A stretch of 64,000 nucleotides of DNA from an uncultured cyanobacterium. Its GTDB lineage: Bacteria > Cyanobacteriota > Cyanobacteriia > Cyanobacteriales > CAWUOF01. The stretch covers positions 2,368,001-2,432,000 of the forward strand of contig CAVUSO010000001.1 in NCBI GenBank assembly GCA_963744145.1. The letters run 5' to 3'. The stretch's first letter is position 1. Each line of letters begins with the position of its first letter. Of this stretch, positions 42,705 to 51,600 are shown in pieces. The notes below the pieces were generated by a model that was given only the letters and a program-made list of their open reading frames with translations, was not told the DNA's origin and did no database searches. The position numbers and the translations under genes are program-made.

Positions 42705-43098
42705 CGCCCTATTTGTTGATACGAGCTATATTATTGCGTTAATCAATTCAACTGATCAAAATCATCAGAAAGCACTGCAACTATCTAAACAATACGAAGG
42801 ATATCCAATTATTACCACCGATGCTATTCTTCTAGAAATTGGTAATGCACTCTCAAGGATTGCCCGTCAAGCAGCAGCTACCATTATTAACTATTTCCAG
42901 ACTGCCCAAGAAGCAACTGTCATATCCCTCACTCCAGAGCTGTTAAACGCCGCTATCCAAATGTATGAAATGCACCAAGATAAAACTTGGGGGCTAGTCG
43001 ATTGCCTTTCTTTTGTAGTCATGAAACAACAACAGATTTCAATAGCATTAGCTTTTGATCGCCATTTCATGCAAGCAGGATTTACTTTAGCCCAATAA
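42697..43098 (+). CDS. vapC: VapC/PIN domain toxin
   Basis: FVDTS, D.NH..A, EIGN, WGLVDC.SF and FDRHF.QAGF. Confidence 0.92.
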   Translation: MSNALFVDTSYIIALINSTDQNHQKALQLSKQYEGYPIITTDAILLEIGNALSRIARQAAATIINYFQTAQEATVISLTPELLNAAIQMYEMHQDKTWGLVDCLSFVVMKQQQISIALAFDRHFMQAGFTLAQ

Positions 43099-43176
43099 AA
43101 CAAATGCAACCAGATAAAACACCCCAAACCATTAAACTTGACGAACACAACCAGGTAAAAAAGCCATTGTCAGATC

Positions 43177-43290
43177 AAACTGAAAGCGGATCTAATTGTG
43201 TTGAGTATTTGCGATACTGGGCAGGGCAGAATTGGAGATGAGATGATTAGATTGTCGCGATCGCTAATATCCGCAGGAATACCAAGTGTA
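43177..43290 (+). pseudogene. Degenerate CHAT fragment (LKADLIVLS...GIPSV)
   Basis: Similar to 42017-42133; fused directly to a copy of the CHAT 3' flank (gtttaggctattctctc). Confidence 0.8.
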
Positions 43291-43292
43291 GT

Positions 43293-43703
43293 TTAGGCTA
43301 TTCTCTCTTTTGTTGGGTTTTCTTGGATGCGATCGCCAAACTTAGTTGCTAGTTTCCGATCAAAAGTTAGCACTTGAGTATCAGATTGAATTGCTGCTGC
43401 TACAAACAAGGTATCGTAGAAAGGATGACTGGCATCAACTGCTAGTTTTAGTGCAACATCCTGAATTTGAGAAGTAGGAACTATTACATCAACCAATGCT
43501 TCAGCGTCTTGTAGCACATCTAAACCTATTTGCAAGGGTAGTTGCCGAAATTGTATCCATTGCCAAATCACATTGCCTAACTCTGCAAACAATGAATCAG
43601 GCACCACAATCTGATCTACACTTTCTAACGCTGCGATCGCTTGCTGATAACCGTTTTCTACATGCAAAAGTGCATAGGCAAATACCATCGTATCAATCAC
43701 CAT
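43293..43703 (-). CDS. vapC: VapC/PIN domain toxin
   Basis: VIDT, E.GN, FYDTLFVA.A and LTFDRKL. Confidence 0.88.
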   Translation of the reverse strand: MVIDTMVFAYALLHVENGYQQAIAALESVDQIVVPDSLFAELGNVIWQWIQFRQLPLQIGLDVLQDAEALVDVIVPTSQIQDVALKLAVDASHPFYDTLFVAAAIQSDTQVLTFDRKLATKFGDRIQENPTKERIA

Positions 43704-43927
43704 TAGGGTCTACCTTGTGATTTCCAAGTCTGCACCTGACTTTCTGATTCTATCGGTAACGCTTGAGCCCTTTGACGAATCCGAGCAAGCACTTCATCAC
43801 GTTGTCCATATCGTTTTTGTAACAAATCGCCAACTTCTTGCTCCATAGAAATTCCCTTTCGTTCTGCCAAGCGTTTAATGCGATTTAGTAACTCATCGGA
43901 TATATTGCGTATAGTAATTGTAGCCAT
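43703..43927 (-). CDS. FitA-like ribbon-helix-helix antitoxin
   Basis: MATITIRNISDEL..RIK..A...G.SME.EV..LL; AAGGAGG ribosome-binding site upstream; 1-bp overlap with vapC. Confidence 0.88.
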   Translation of the reverse strand: MATITIRNISDELLNRIKRLAERKGISMEQEVGDLLQKRYGQRDEVLARIRQRAQALPIESESQVQTWKSQGRP

Positions 43928-44001
43928 CGTGCCTCCTTTGCTGGTGCTAGCCAAGTAGCGAATCATTAATTCTATGCTAGCCATCTACTGGCATTTTTGG
44001 T

Positions 44002-44256
44002 TACATGGATTATTGGATGATCTGCACAGATTAGGAAGTGTGATCGCTCTAGCTCCTGACCCTGGAAAACCAGCGGAAGACCAATTTGGACGGGCTAATG
44101 GCTTACTCACTGTGTCAGAAATTTTGGACATGAAGCTAAAAGCAGATTTGTGTTGAGTGCCTGCGATCCGAGACGGGGCAAGATTACTGGGGATGGGGTG
44201 ATTGGATTGTCGCGATCGCTAATATCGGCAGGAATACCAAGTGTAATGGTTTCCCT
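44002..44256 (+). pseudogene. Degenerate CHAT fragment (HGLLDD...VMVS)
   Basis: Close match to 41886-42144 with small deletions. Confidence 0.85.
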
Positions 44257-44432
44257 CTATTTAATCTGCAAATTTAATTTAATCAATTAAAAAACTATTT
44301 ATCTCATCAATAAATTTTTTAAGCTGTTTAACACTATTAATTAAATGTAGATACAAAAATTCCTAATCAATATAGGTGATAATCTCTTTCGATTTTTCTT
44401 CGCTTTTGTCAAGCGATTTTCTTTGGCATATT

Positions 44433-45614
44433 CTATTCTTCCTCGATCGCGAGTTTTTCTTGGACGACAAACTCGCTAGTGAAAAAATCAAAATTATTAA
44501 GTCCAATAAACTTAAACTGCTCAATTTTGTCTTTCGAGTTAAAAATATTGTGTAATTTGGCACTACCTGATTTTCGTTCAATAACTGACCAATATTCTAA
44601 GGGAACACCATTCATAATAAATTCATCATTGGTAGTCATAATCAATTGAACTAATCCCGTTGCAGCTTTTTCAATAAGTATTTTAATGATCGCAGCAGAT
44701 CTTTCATAATCTAAACCTTCCCCAATATCATCAATAACAATACAACTAGGTTTACTCGATAGTAAAGAGTAGTTAATTTGAATAAACAATGATAATGCTC
44801 GAAACATTCCTTGTGACATTTCTGATTGTTCTGTAAAAGACTTTAAATCTTCTTCTTGAACATATAGAAATTCTACGACTTTACCTGGATGATCAGGAAA
44901 AATAATATTCTCTTTTAGGAAAGATGGCACTTTGGTTCCAATTTCTGATATATTATAGCCGATTCTTTTCATATCGCTGATAATTGCTTGTGTAAACCTC
45001 TTATTCATCTCTTCTTTTCCAAGCACAAATATACCAACAACATAATTATAATCTTTAAAGTTAATATTGGTTCCTATTGATTCGCTCCTAGAAATACCAG
45101 CTATCTTATCCTTACCTAATTGAGAACCAAACTCATAAAATCTTAGTGAATTAGACCATTGATATAAATCTTCTAAAAAAGGATGTTGGATCTCATCTCT
45201 GTGCTTGACTACAGCAAGTTCTGCTTTAGGAATTTTAAACTGTATGGATCTCTTGATTTCTTGAGTAAAAATATCGGCTGTGCCCAATTCGTCTCGCTTC
45301 AAAAGTTCTTTATGACCGATACAGAGTTTTTCTTGAATTACCAGACCTTTTTCTATTTTTAATATATATTCTGTTTGTTTTTCTGGCTGTTCAATATCAA
45401 ATAATAAGCGCCATTCATTATTTCCTAGTTGCGGATTAATAGTACCACTGTTTGATAATAGTTCTGAGAGAATATTGATAGCTTTTATAGTTCTTGATTT
45501 ACCAGTAGCATTTTTACCTACAATTAAATTTATTGTCCTCAACCGACATTCTTGTAATTGCCATTCACTAGGTAGACCTTGATTATAACAATATTTAAAA
45601 CTGTCTAGCTTCAT
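44433..45614 (-). CDS. AAA_21/AbiEii-like ABC-type ATPase
   Basis: NLIVGKNATGKS Walker A, MSQGMFR signature, VIDDIGEGLD Walker B and MTTND. Confidence 0.88.
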   Translation of the reverse strand: MKLDSFKYCYNQGLPSEWQLQECRLRTINLIVGKNATGKSRTIKAINILSELLSNSGTINPQLGNNEWRLLFDIEQPEKQTEYILKIEKGLVIQEKLCIGHKELLKRDELGTADIFTQEIKRSIQFKIPKAELAVVKHRDEIQHPFLEDLYQWSNSLRFYEFGSQLGKDKIAGISRSESIGTNINFKDYNYVVGIFVLGKEEMNKRFTQAIISDMKRIGYNISEIGTKVPSFLKENIIFPDHPGKVVEFLYVQEEDLKSFTEQSEMSQGMFRALSLFIQINYSLLSSKPSCIVIDDIGEGLDYERSAAIIKILIEKAATGLVQLIMTTNDEFIMNGVPLEYWSVIERKSGSAKLHNIFNSKDKIEQFKFIGLNNFDFFTSEFVVQEKLAIEEE

Positions 45615-45747
45615 AATTTTTGATCTTTGATTATCAAACAACTCTTGATCCAGGGCAAATATGCAGACATTTTTATTATTACAGATTTTTACCTTGTATT
45701 ATAACACAATAGGGTTTAGTTAAGCGATCAGAAAGCAAAAATAACTA

Positions 45748-45863
45748 GGACAGTCAAGATGACTGTCCCACAAGAGGTTTTTTTTTCTAGTGGGACGGAC
45801 ATCTTGTCTGTCCCTCTGTTTGATCATCTGTCCCTCTGTTTGATCATCTGTCCCTCTGTTTGA
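45748..45863. repeat. REP-like inverted pair plus 20-bp tandem repeat (about 2.9 copies)
   Basis: ggacagtcaagatgactgtcccac / gtgggacggacatcttgtctgtcc, then tctgtccctctgtttgatca at 45807, 45827 and 45847 (partial). Confidence 0.85.
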
Positions 45864-45869
45864 CAACAG

Positions 45870-46205
45870 TTAATCTTGATTTTCTTGTAAATTAGCTGTT
45901 TTGGCAATAGCTGGAGGAATAAAATTTGTCAGAGTTGCTAAAATATTCTGACATTGAGCGCAGCGGTTTCCTTCTAAACACCAACATTCTTTCACCAATC
46001 GACGCAGAAATGTCTTCAGTTTCCGATTTTCATCTACAACTTTTTTAAACCTAGTCTGTACTTGTTCAAGCGATCGCGATACATAACTTAAATCTGCCGC
46101 AATTCCATCTAAATTCATCAAGGTATCTTCGCTAAAACTATCGATATTATCCAGATGATGATCTAGCAGCATTTCCCCTAATCGATGAGTGATATTTGTT
46201 TGCAT
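45870..46205 (-). CDS. Hypothetical coiled-coil protein with CxC-x5-CxxC motif
   Basis: Heptad pattern SLEQVQTRFKKVVDENRKLKTFL followed by ECWCLEGNRCAQC. Confidence 0.75.
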   Translation of the reverse strand: MQTNITHRLGEMLLDHHLDNIDSFSEDTLMNLDGIAADLSYVSRSLEQVQTRFKKVVDENRKLKTFLRRLVKECWCLEGNRCAQCQNILATLTNFIPPAIAKTANLQENQD

Positions 46206-46236
46206 TGCTTTTCCATTCCTAATTAACAAAATTAAA

Positions 46237-46268
46237 CCTGGATGATCAGATTTTAAAGATCATCCAGG
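46237..46268. other. Intra-operon stem-loop
   Basis: cctggatgatc-N10-gatcatccagg perfect 11-bp stem. Confidence 0.65.
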
Positions 46269-46278
46269 ATTCATCCAT

Positions 46279-46980
46279 CTATGCTACGGCACTAGGTTTT
46301 CTCAATTCACTCTCAATTTCCATCACTTCTGCTGGTAACAACATTTCATTATGACCATGATTAGAGTCTGTATGAGTTGCCATTAAACAGGCAATTTGAT
46401 GGGGTGGTAAATTATCTAAGCAGATCATCTGACTCGTCCCTTCTAAATCAATCATCCGGGACTGATTGTGAGCATCTGCTAATACTGCTGCTGCTTGTTC
46501 TACTAGACCCCAATTAGTGCGTTCCACCCAATCCCATTTAATGCTATAATAATTGATTGGTTTGATCACACCTTCATCATTTGGTTTTTGTCCGGAATGC
46601 TTAATAAATTCGGGCACAAAAATTCCTTCAGCTGGTTCGACTCCCCGGGATTGAACGGAAGCAACTAAACGATTAAAATCGCTCAAACTGCGTCCTTTAA
46701 TATAGGTCACCATCACCACACCGGTTGGTAATTCTCCAGCTTCAGCTACAAACCATAATTGTCCCCACAAGGTGTTTTGAGTTTGTCCTAAACTGCCAAA
46801 AAATTTGCTGAATTTCAAAATTGTCATGGAGACTTTAGAACCATATTCTGTATCCGAAATTCGCCATTTTCCACTTTGACAATCATTCCGAACCGCAATG
46901 GGAATTTCTGGAACTAATAGAGCATCTTGGGCTTTAGAACCAAATACATTTATCATTGGTTTTTCATTTAGCTTCTTCAT
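46279..46980 (-). CDS. Hypothetical beta-rich protein, possibly a phage-like ssDNA-binding protein
   Basis: 233-aa ORF with aromatic-rich beta-strand patterns (WGQLWFV, YYSIKWDW) and a fairly acidic tail. The ORF is well supported; the function is inference only. Confidence 0.7.
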   Translation of the reverse strand: MKKLNEKPMINVFGSKAQDALLVPEIPIAVRNDCQSGKWRISDTEYGSKVSMTILKFSKFFGSLGQTQNTLWGQLWFVAEAGELPTGVVMVTYIKGRSLSDFNRLVASVQSRGVEPAEGIFVPEFIKHSGQKPNDEGVIKPINYYSIKWDWVERTNWGLVEQAAAVLADAHNQSRMIDLEGTSQMICLDNLPPHQIACLMATHTDSNHGHNEMLLPAEVMEIESELRKPSAVA

Positions 46981-47031
46981 TTTTATTTCTTCCTAATTGG
47001 TGTAAATTGACTGAAATATTCCCGTTCTTTC

Positions 47032-47307
47032 CTACTTTTCTGATCCCACAGGATACTGAAGTAAACGTCCATTTGTAGATCCAGTTTGACGCTCTAAGTT
47101 GGGCTGAGTTTTGATTCCTCGTAATGCTTCCACCAAGCTTTCTAAAATTTCGATGTGTGCTGGTTGAAAATGAATACTGAATCCTTGTCCATCTCGAGCT
47201 GAACCAGGGCATATTAAAGAGCAAGAGCTATATTCTGAGTGGGTGGCAATATATAGCCAGTCTTTTTCAATTAGCTTATAATGGGTATCATTCCAGGTTC
47301 TTAGCAT
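47032..47307 (-). CDS. Small hypothetical protein
   Basis: ATG preceded by AGGAGAAGGAC ribosome-binding site; first gene of the leftward operon. Confidence 0.65.
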   Translation of the reverse strand: MLRTWNDTHYKLIEKDWLYIATHSEYSSCSLICPGSARDGQGFSIHFQPAHIEILESLVEALRGIKTQPNLERQTGSTNGRLLQYPVGSEK

Positions 47308-47418
47308 TGTCCTTCTCCTAGTTGCTGCTGTCACCAAGCAGATTAGACCAGTGCCCCAGCTTTGGCCCACTTGCTTTCTGCGGTAAAAGCTAGATGAGTT
47401 GGTGAAAGTGTTGCTGTA

Positions 47419-47498
47419 TTGACTTTTTCATCAACCTAAATACATCCTAACCTAGGTTGATTTTTTCGTCAAGTAGATTTGGTTGATTTTTTCATCAA
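47419..47498. promoter_or_regulatory. Three operator-like repeats TTGA-N8-TCAA
   Basis: ttgactttttcatcaa (47419), ttgattttttcgtcaa (47457) and ttgattttttcatcaa (47483). Confidence 0.85.
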
Positions 47499-47521
47499 AT
47501 TTAGCTAAGATACCTATATAG

Positions 47522-47887
47522 TTGGAGAAAAAAGTCGTGCCTCAAAGTTTTGGTAAGCTACTTTTACAAGCCCGCAAAGACAAGGGATACTCTCAGAGGG
47601 AACTAGCGGCTCTATTAAAGCTAGATTTCACCTATTTGTCTAAGCTGGAAAATGATCGGGCAGAGTATGCCCCGAAAGAAGAAGTTATTCGGTCATTGGC
47701 CCACCATTTGGATTTAGATGCAGAGGAATTAATTTTCCTGGCTGGAAGATTTCCCCAACAGGATGAGGATTTTCTGAAGCAGAATTATAAGAATATGCCC
47801 GTTTTATTTCGGCGAATGCGGGAAAATCCTGATTTTGCGACCAAAATCTTTCAAGCTGCTACGGCAATCCAGGAGAAGCAAAGTTGA
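47522..47887 (+). CDS. XRE family HTH repressor
   Basis: FG..L..AR...GYSQRELA......TYLSKLENDR...P; start could be GTG 47537. Confidence 0.92.
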   Translation: MEKKVVPQSFGKLLLQARKDKGYSQRELAALLKLDFTYLSKLENDRAEYAPKEEVIRSLAHHLDLDAEELIFLAGRFPQQDEDFLKQNYKNMPVLFRRMRENPDFATKIFQAATAIQEKQS

Positions 47888-48603
47888 GTATTTTCAAGCC
47901 CTATCGTTTTTATCCTAAAGAAGAAATAGAACAGAGGGCGAATGACATCCTGTGGCAAATGCAGCAGCGTGGCCAAGGATTCGCCCCTGATTGGCCATTT
48001 GAAGCGTCCCGAGTAGCGGATTTTTTGGATTTGGGGGTAGTCTGGGATCAGATTACCCCGGATGAAGAAGGGCCGATCGCGGCGAGAATTCTCCCGACCA
48101 GGCGGCAAATCGAGATTAATGAAGATATTCTGAATTTGCCCCAGGGGTTTCAGGAATCGACGATCGCCCATGAAATTGGTCATTGGATCTTACATATTGA
48201 TCAATATGAAGTGGATGAGGTGGTCAAGCAGTCGGCCATTAATATCGGTCCTTTTGTGTGTCGAGTGAATAGCACTCAGCCCCAAATTGCTTCCATGGAA
48301 TGGCAAGCTCAATATTTTGCTAGCTGTTTGCTGATGCCCAAGCACATTTTACAGGAAAAATGTCAGGGGCTTGATTTAAGGAAGTGGTCTGATCTCTATT
48401 TAATGCGTGAGCACTTAGGGGTGAGCATTTCTAATTTGGCTAATCGTTTGCAGGATCTGGGTTGGATTTACATTCCCAAGGGCAGCAGACGGATTTATGG
48501 TAGTAAGGAAGAAGCTAATCGGAGATCTCTGGATAGTTCTGAGGATTTTTTGACCCAGGCGATCGCCCGAGTTCCTGTTGGTAATTCCTTGAGCCGCTGT
48601 TGA
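47884..48603 (+). CDS. ImmA/IrrE family metallo-endopeptidase
   Basis: TIAHEIGH (HExxH), EWQA..FA.CLLMP and a C-terminal HTH (LGVS); 4-bp overlap with the XRE gene. Confidence 0.93.
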   Translation: MSIFKPYRFYPKEEIEQRANDILWQMQQRGQGFAPDWPFEASRVADFLDLGVVWDQITPDEEGPIAARILPTRRQIEINEDILNLPQGFQESTIAHEIGHWILHIDQYEVDEVVKQSAINIGPFVCRVNSTQPQIASMEWQAQYFASCLLMPKHILQEKCQGLDLRKWSDLYLMREHLGVSISNLANRLQDLGWIYIPKGSRRIYGSKEEANRRSLDSSEDFLTQAIARVPVGNSLSRC

Positions 48604-48623
48604 CAAATTAGAAAAATTTGATA

Positions 48624-51600
48624 TTACCAAGGATTACCGATGATGGTAAAAGCACTCCAATAATAGGGATGAGATAAGTTTTTGTTACGAATTTCATGTA
48701 ATTCTGGGGGTAAAGGTAAGGTCTGCTGGGGAGTAATTAATTGCCCGGATTCAATCCGTACTTTACCCCGAATCATGGCTAACTGAGCTTGTCGTAATGC
48801 TTCAGCTTTAATGGGAACTTTCCGAAGTTGCTGATAAAATTCAGTCATTAATCCCAGAGTGCCCTCATCAGAAATATACCAAAGAGATGCTAACGCTGAT
48901 TTGACTCCCACTTGGAAAGCTAATCCAGCAAAACCTAATTCGGCATTTTCATCACCGATCGCAGTTCGACAAGCACTTAAAACTAAGAGTTCGACTGGGG
49001 GTTTATTCCAGTCGATGGTTCTGAGATCGGGTAAAGGTAATTTGCGATCGACAAACTGAATATAGGAATTGCGAGGTTCTCCAGGAGTAAAGTCAGCATG
49101 GGTTGCTAGGTGAATGATTGCAAAAGGATGAGAAAGACGTTGAGATTTTAGGGTTTCGATCGTAAAGTCACGATTGAGAATTGATTTACCTCCCCAATTT
49201 TTGCGCCACTACTCTTGCTTCTGCTTCTGCTGCGGGTAAGGGGTTTTGGGAATCGATAAATTTAGCAGCTCCCATTGCTAAAACTTGGGAGTTACGCAGG
49301 TCAATCCGTTGTAAGTCTGTCAGGTTTAAACTGGGCATTAAACCCACACTATATTTTTCTATAATAAACTCTTTTCCGTTAGACATAGCCGCTAAGGGAA
49401 TGCTGCGTAAATTCACATCCATCACATAAACTAAGTTTTGAATGTTCTGTTTTTGCAATTCTGGCTCTAATGGTGCTAATAACCATTGATACATTTGTTG
49501 GGCTGGTACTAAATAACCATGGGTATTTCTAAGATCGCTGGTGTCGCGACGAAAATTATTAGCGATCGCGATAACTTCAGCTCTGGTAGCATTAGTTGAG
49601 CGACGAATTGGTTTAGTTTTGGCTGTGACTAAAATTAGCTCTAGCCGATCGCTATCTGTGGGAATTTGCGATCGCAATAAGGGAGGTATTTGTTTTAAGT
49701 TACTTGACTTTGGAGCCGCAGTAATAGTTTCTGGAACAAATACGGCATAAATAATTGCAGGTTTTATTCCGGTAGCTTTTTCTATACTACCAAGTAGATC
49801 CTGAGCCGCACTGAGAGAAATATTTTTTGACTCATTTAAGCCGAAATATTTGACAAAATCTTGGCTGAATATCTGATCAATTTCTAGAGTTTCTGGCGCT
49901 TGATTGGTAATTATTGGTAAAGCTTTGAGATGATTTTCTATACTACTTAAATCAACCGGATTAATTGCTAAATTTTGTTTAGGTGTAGGAGTTGGTGTGG
50001 GAGTTGGTGCGGGAGTTGGTGCGGGAGTTGGGGTAGGTGTGGGAGTTGGTGTGGGAGTTGGGGTAGGTGCGGGAGTTGGTGTGGGAGTTGGGGTAGGTGT
50101 GGGAGTTAGTGTGGGAGTTGGGGTAGGTGCGGGAGTTGGTGTGGGTGTAGGTGTGGGAGTTGGTGCGGGAGTTGGTGCAGGAACAGATATAATTTGAATG
50201 CGATTGTTATCTTGAGTATAAGTATATAAAAAAGAACCACTAGCAATAGTTGCTTGGGACATATTTCCTTCCGTCAGACTTCCTTTAGTACCATTAGTAG
50301 TAACATTTCCAACTATAAAAGGAATAATTCCATTTCCACCATGTTGAATAATAATATTTCCGCCGCGAAATGGGATGCTACTAGCAGCACAAATACTGGT
50401 ATTTATACAGTTTGAAAAAGTGAAAGTTCCGGGAATTGTCAAAAATTTGCTGGTGTTAATATTAACGTTACCACCAGCACTTTGTCCAAAAGTATTAATG
50501 GTATTTATTTGAACATCACTGCTAGAATTAATCTTAATATTGCCACCAATTCCATTATTAATAGCACTAGAATTAAGATCGGCAGTTTTAATAGTGTTGA
50601 GCGATTGAATAGTAATTGCTCCTCCATTACCTGAATTAGAACTAGAATTCAATGTACCTGTGGTAGTATCAATTATACCGTTAGTGCTATTAATATTAAT
50701 ACTTCCACCATTTCCGCTCCCAACATTTGCGACACCAGAGGAATTAGCGCGAATATCTCCTGCTAAATTAATATTTCCCGCAGCAGTTAGTGCAACTGCA
50801 CCCGCATTACCAAGATTTGATTTAGAAATTAAGGAACTAGAACTAATTGTGCTTGATGTACTTTTGAGCGTAATATTACCACCATTTTTAGTTCCAGAAC
50901 TTGCGCTAGCATCTAAAACAAGAGTATTAATTTTTCCCGCAGCAATGATACTGATATCACCCCCATTACTTAGCGTAGAACTAGATATAATTGAATCTGT
51001 ATTAATTGCACCATTACTGCTGCTAAGTGTAATCGTTCCCCCGCTTCCTATACTACTAGAATCAAGATTTGGGGTGCTAATATCTCCGGTAGCATTTAAG
51101 CTAATATTTCCACCATTACCTTGATGAGAATTAGCATTGATTGTATTAGTAGTAATTACACCACTTTGATTAGTGATAGTAATATTACCAGCATTTTTGA
51201 GACCACCAGAACTAGAATTAATAGTATTGGTAATAACTTTATCACCTCCAGCTTGGAGATTAATTTCTCCACCTTGACCAAAAGCAGAATTAGTAGTTAC
51301 ATTACCAGTAAAAATTGCCCCGGTACTGCTACTAAGGTTGACACTTCCACCTGTTCCAGCACCACTAACACTAGTATCAATATTACCAGTAGTTACCGGA
51401 GTAGTACCAGCAATTGCAATCGCACCTCCATTAGCAGAAATTGAATTAGAGTTAATATTTCCAGTAGTAATGAATCCAGTTTGATTTTTTACAGTAATAT
51501 TTCCCCCATTACCAGTACCTGTGGAACTAGAATTGAGTGTGGTTGTAGTAATTGACTGTGCTGATTGTAATGCAATATCACCACCATTACCTGAATTAGA

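Noticed and set aside
45807..45863. 20-bp direct repeats as a mini-CRISPR or iterons
   Set aside because: The repeats are contiguous with no spacers, and no rep or cas gene is nearby.
47308..47400. Possible structured RNA leader upstream of the 91-aa ORF
   Set aside because: Only short imperfect stems are visible and I recognise no riboswitch or ncRNA motif; it needs covariance analysis.
45870..48603. Prophage/ICE or CBASS locus
   Set aside because: No integrase, att-like repeats, structural or conjugation genes, or CD-NTase were seen. A remnant origin cannot be excluded.
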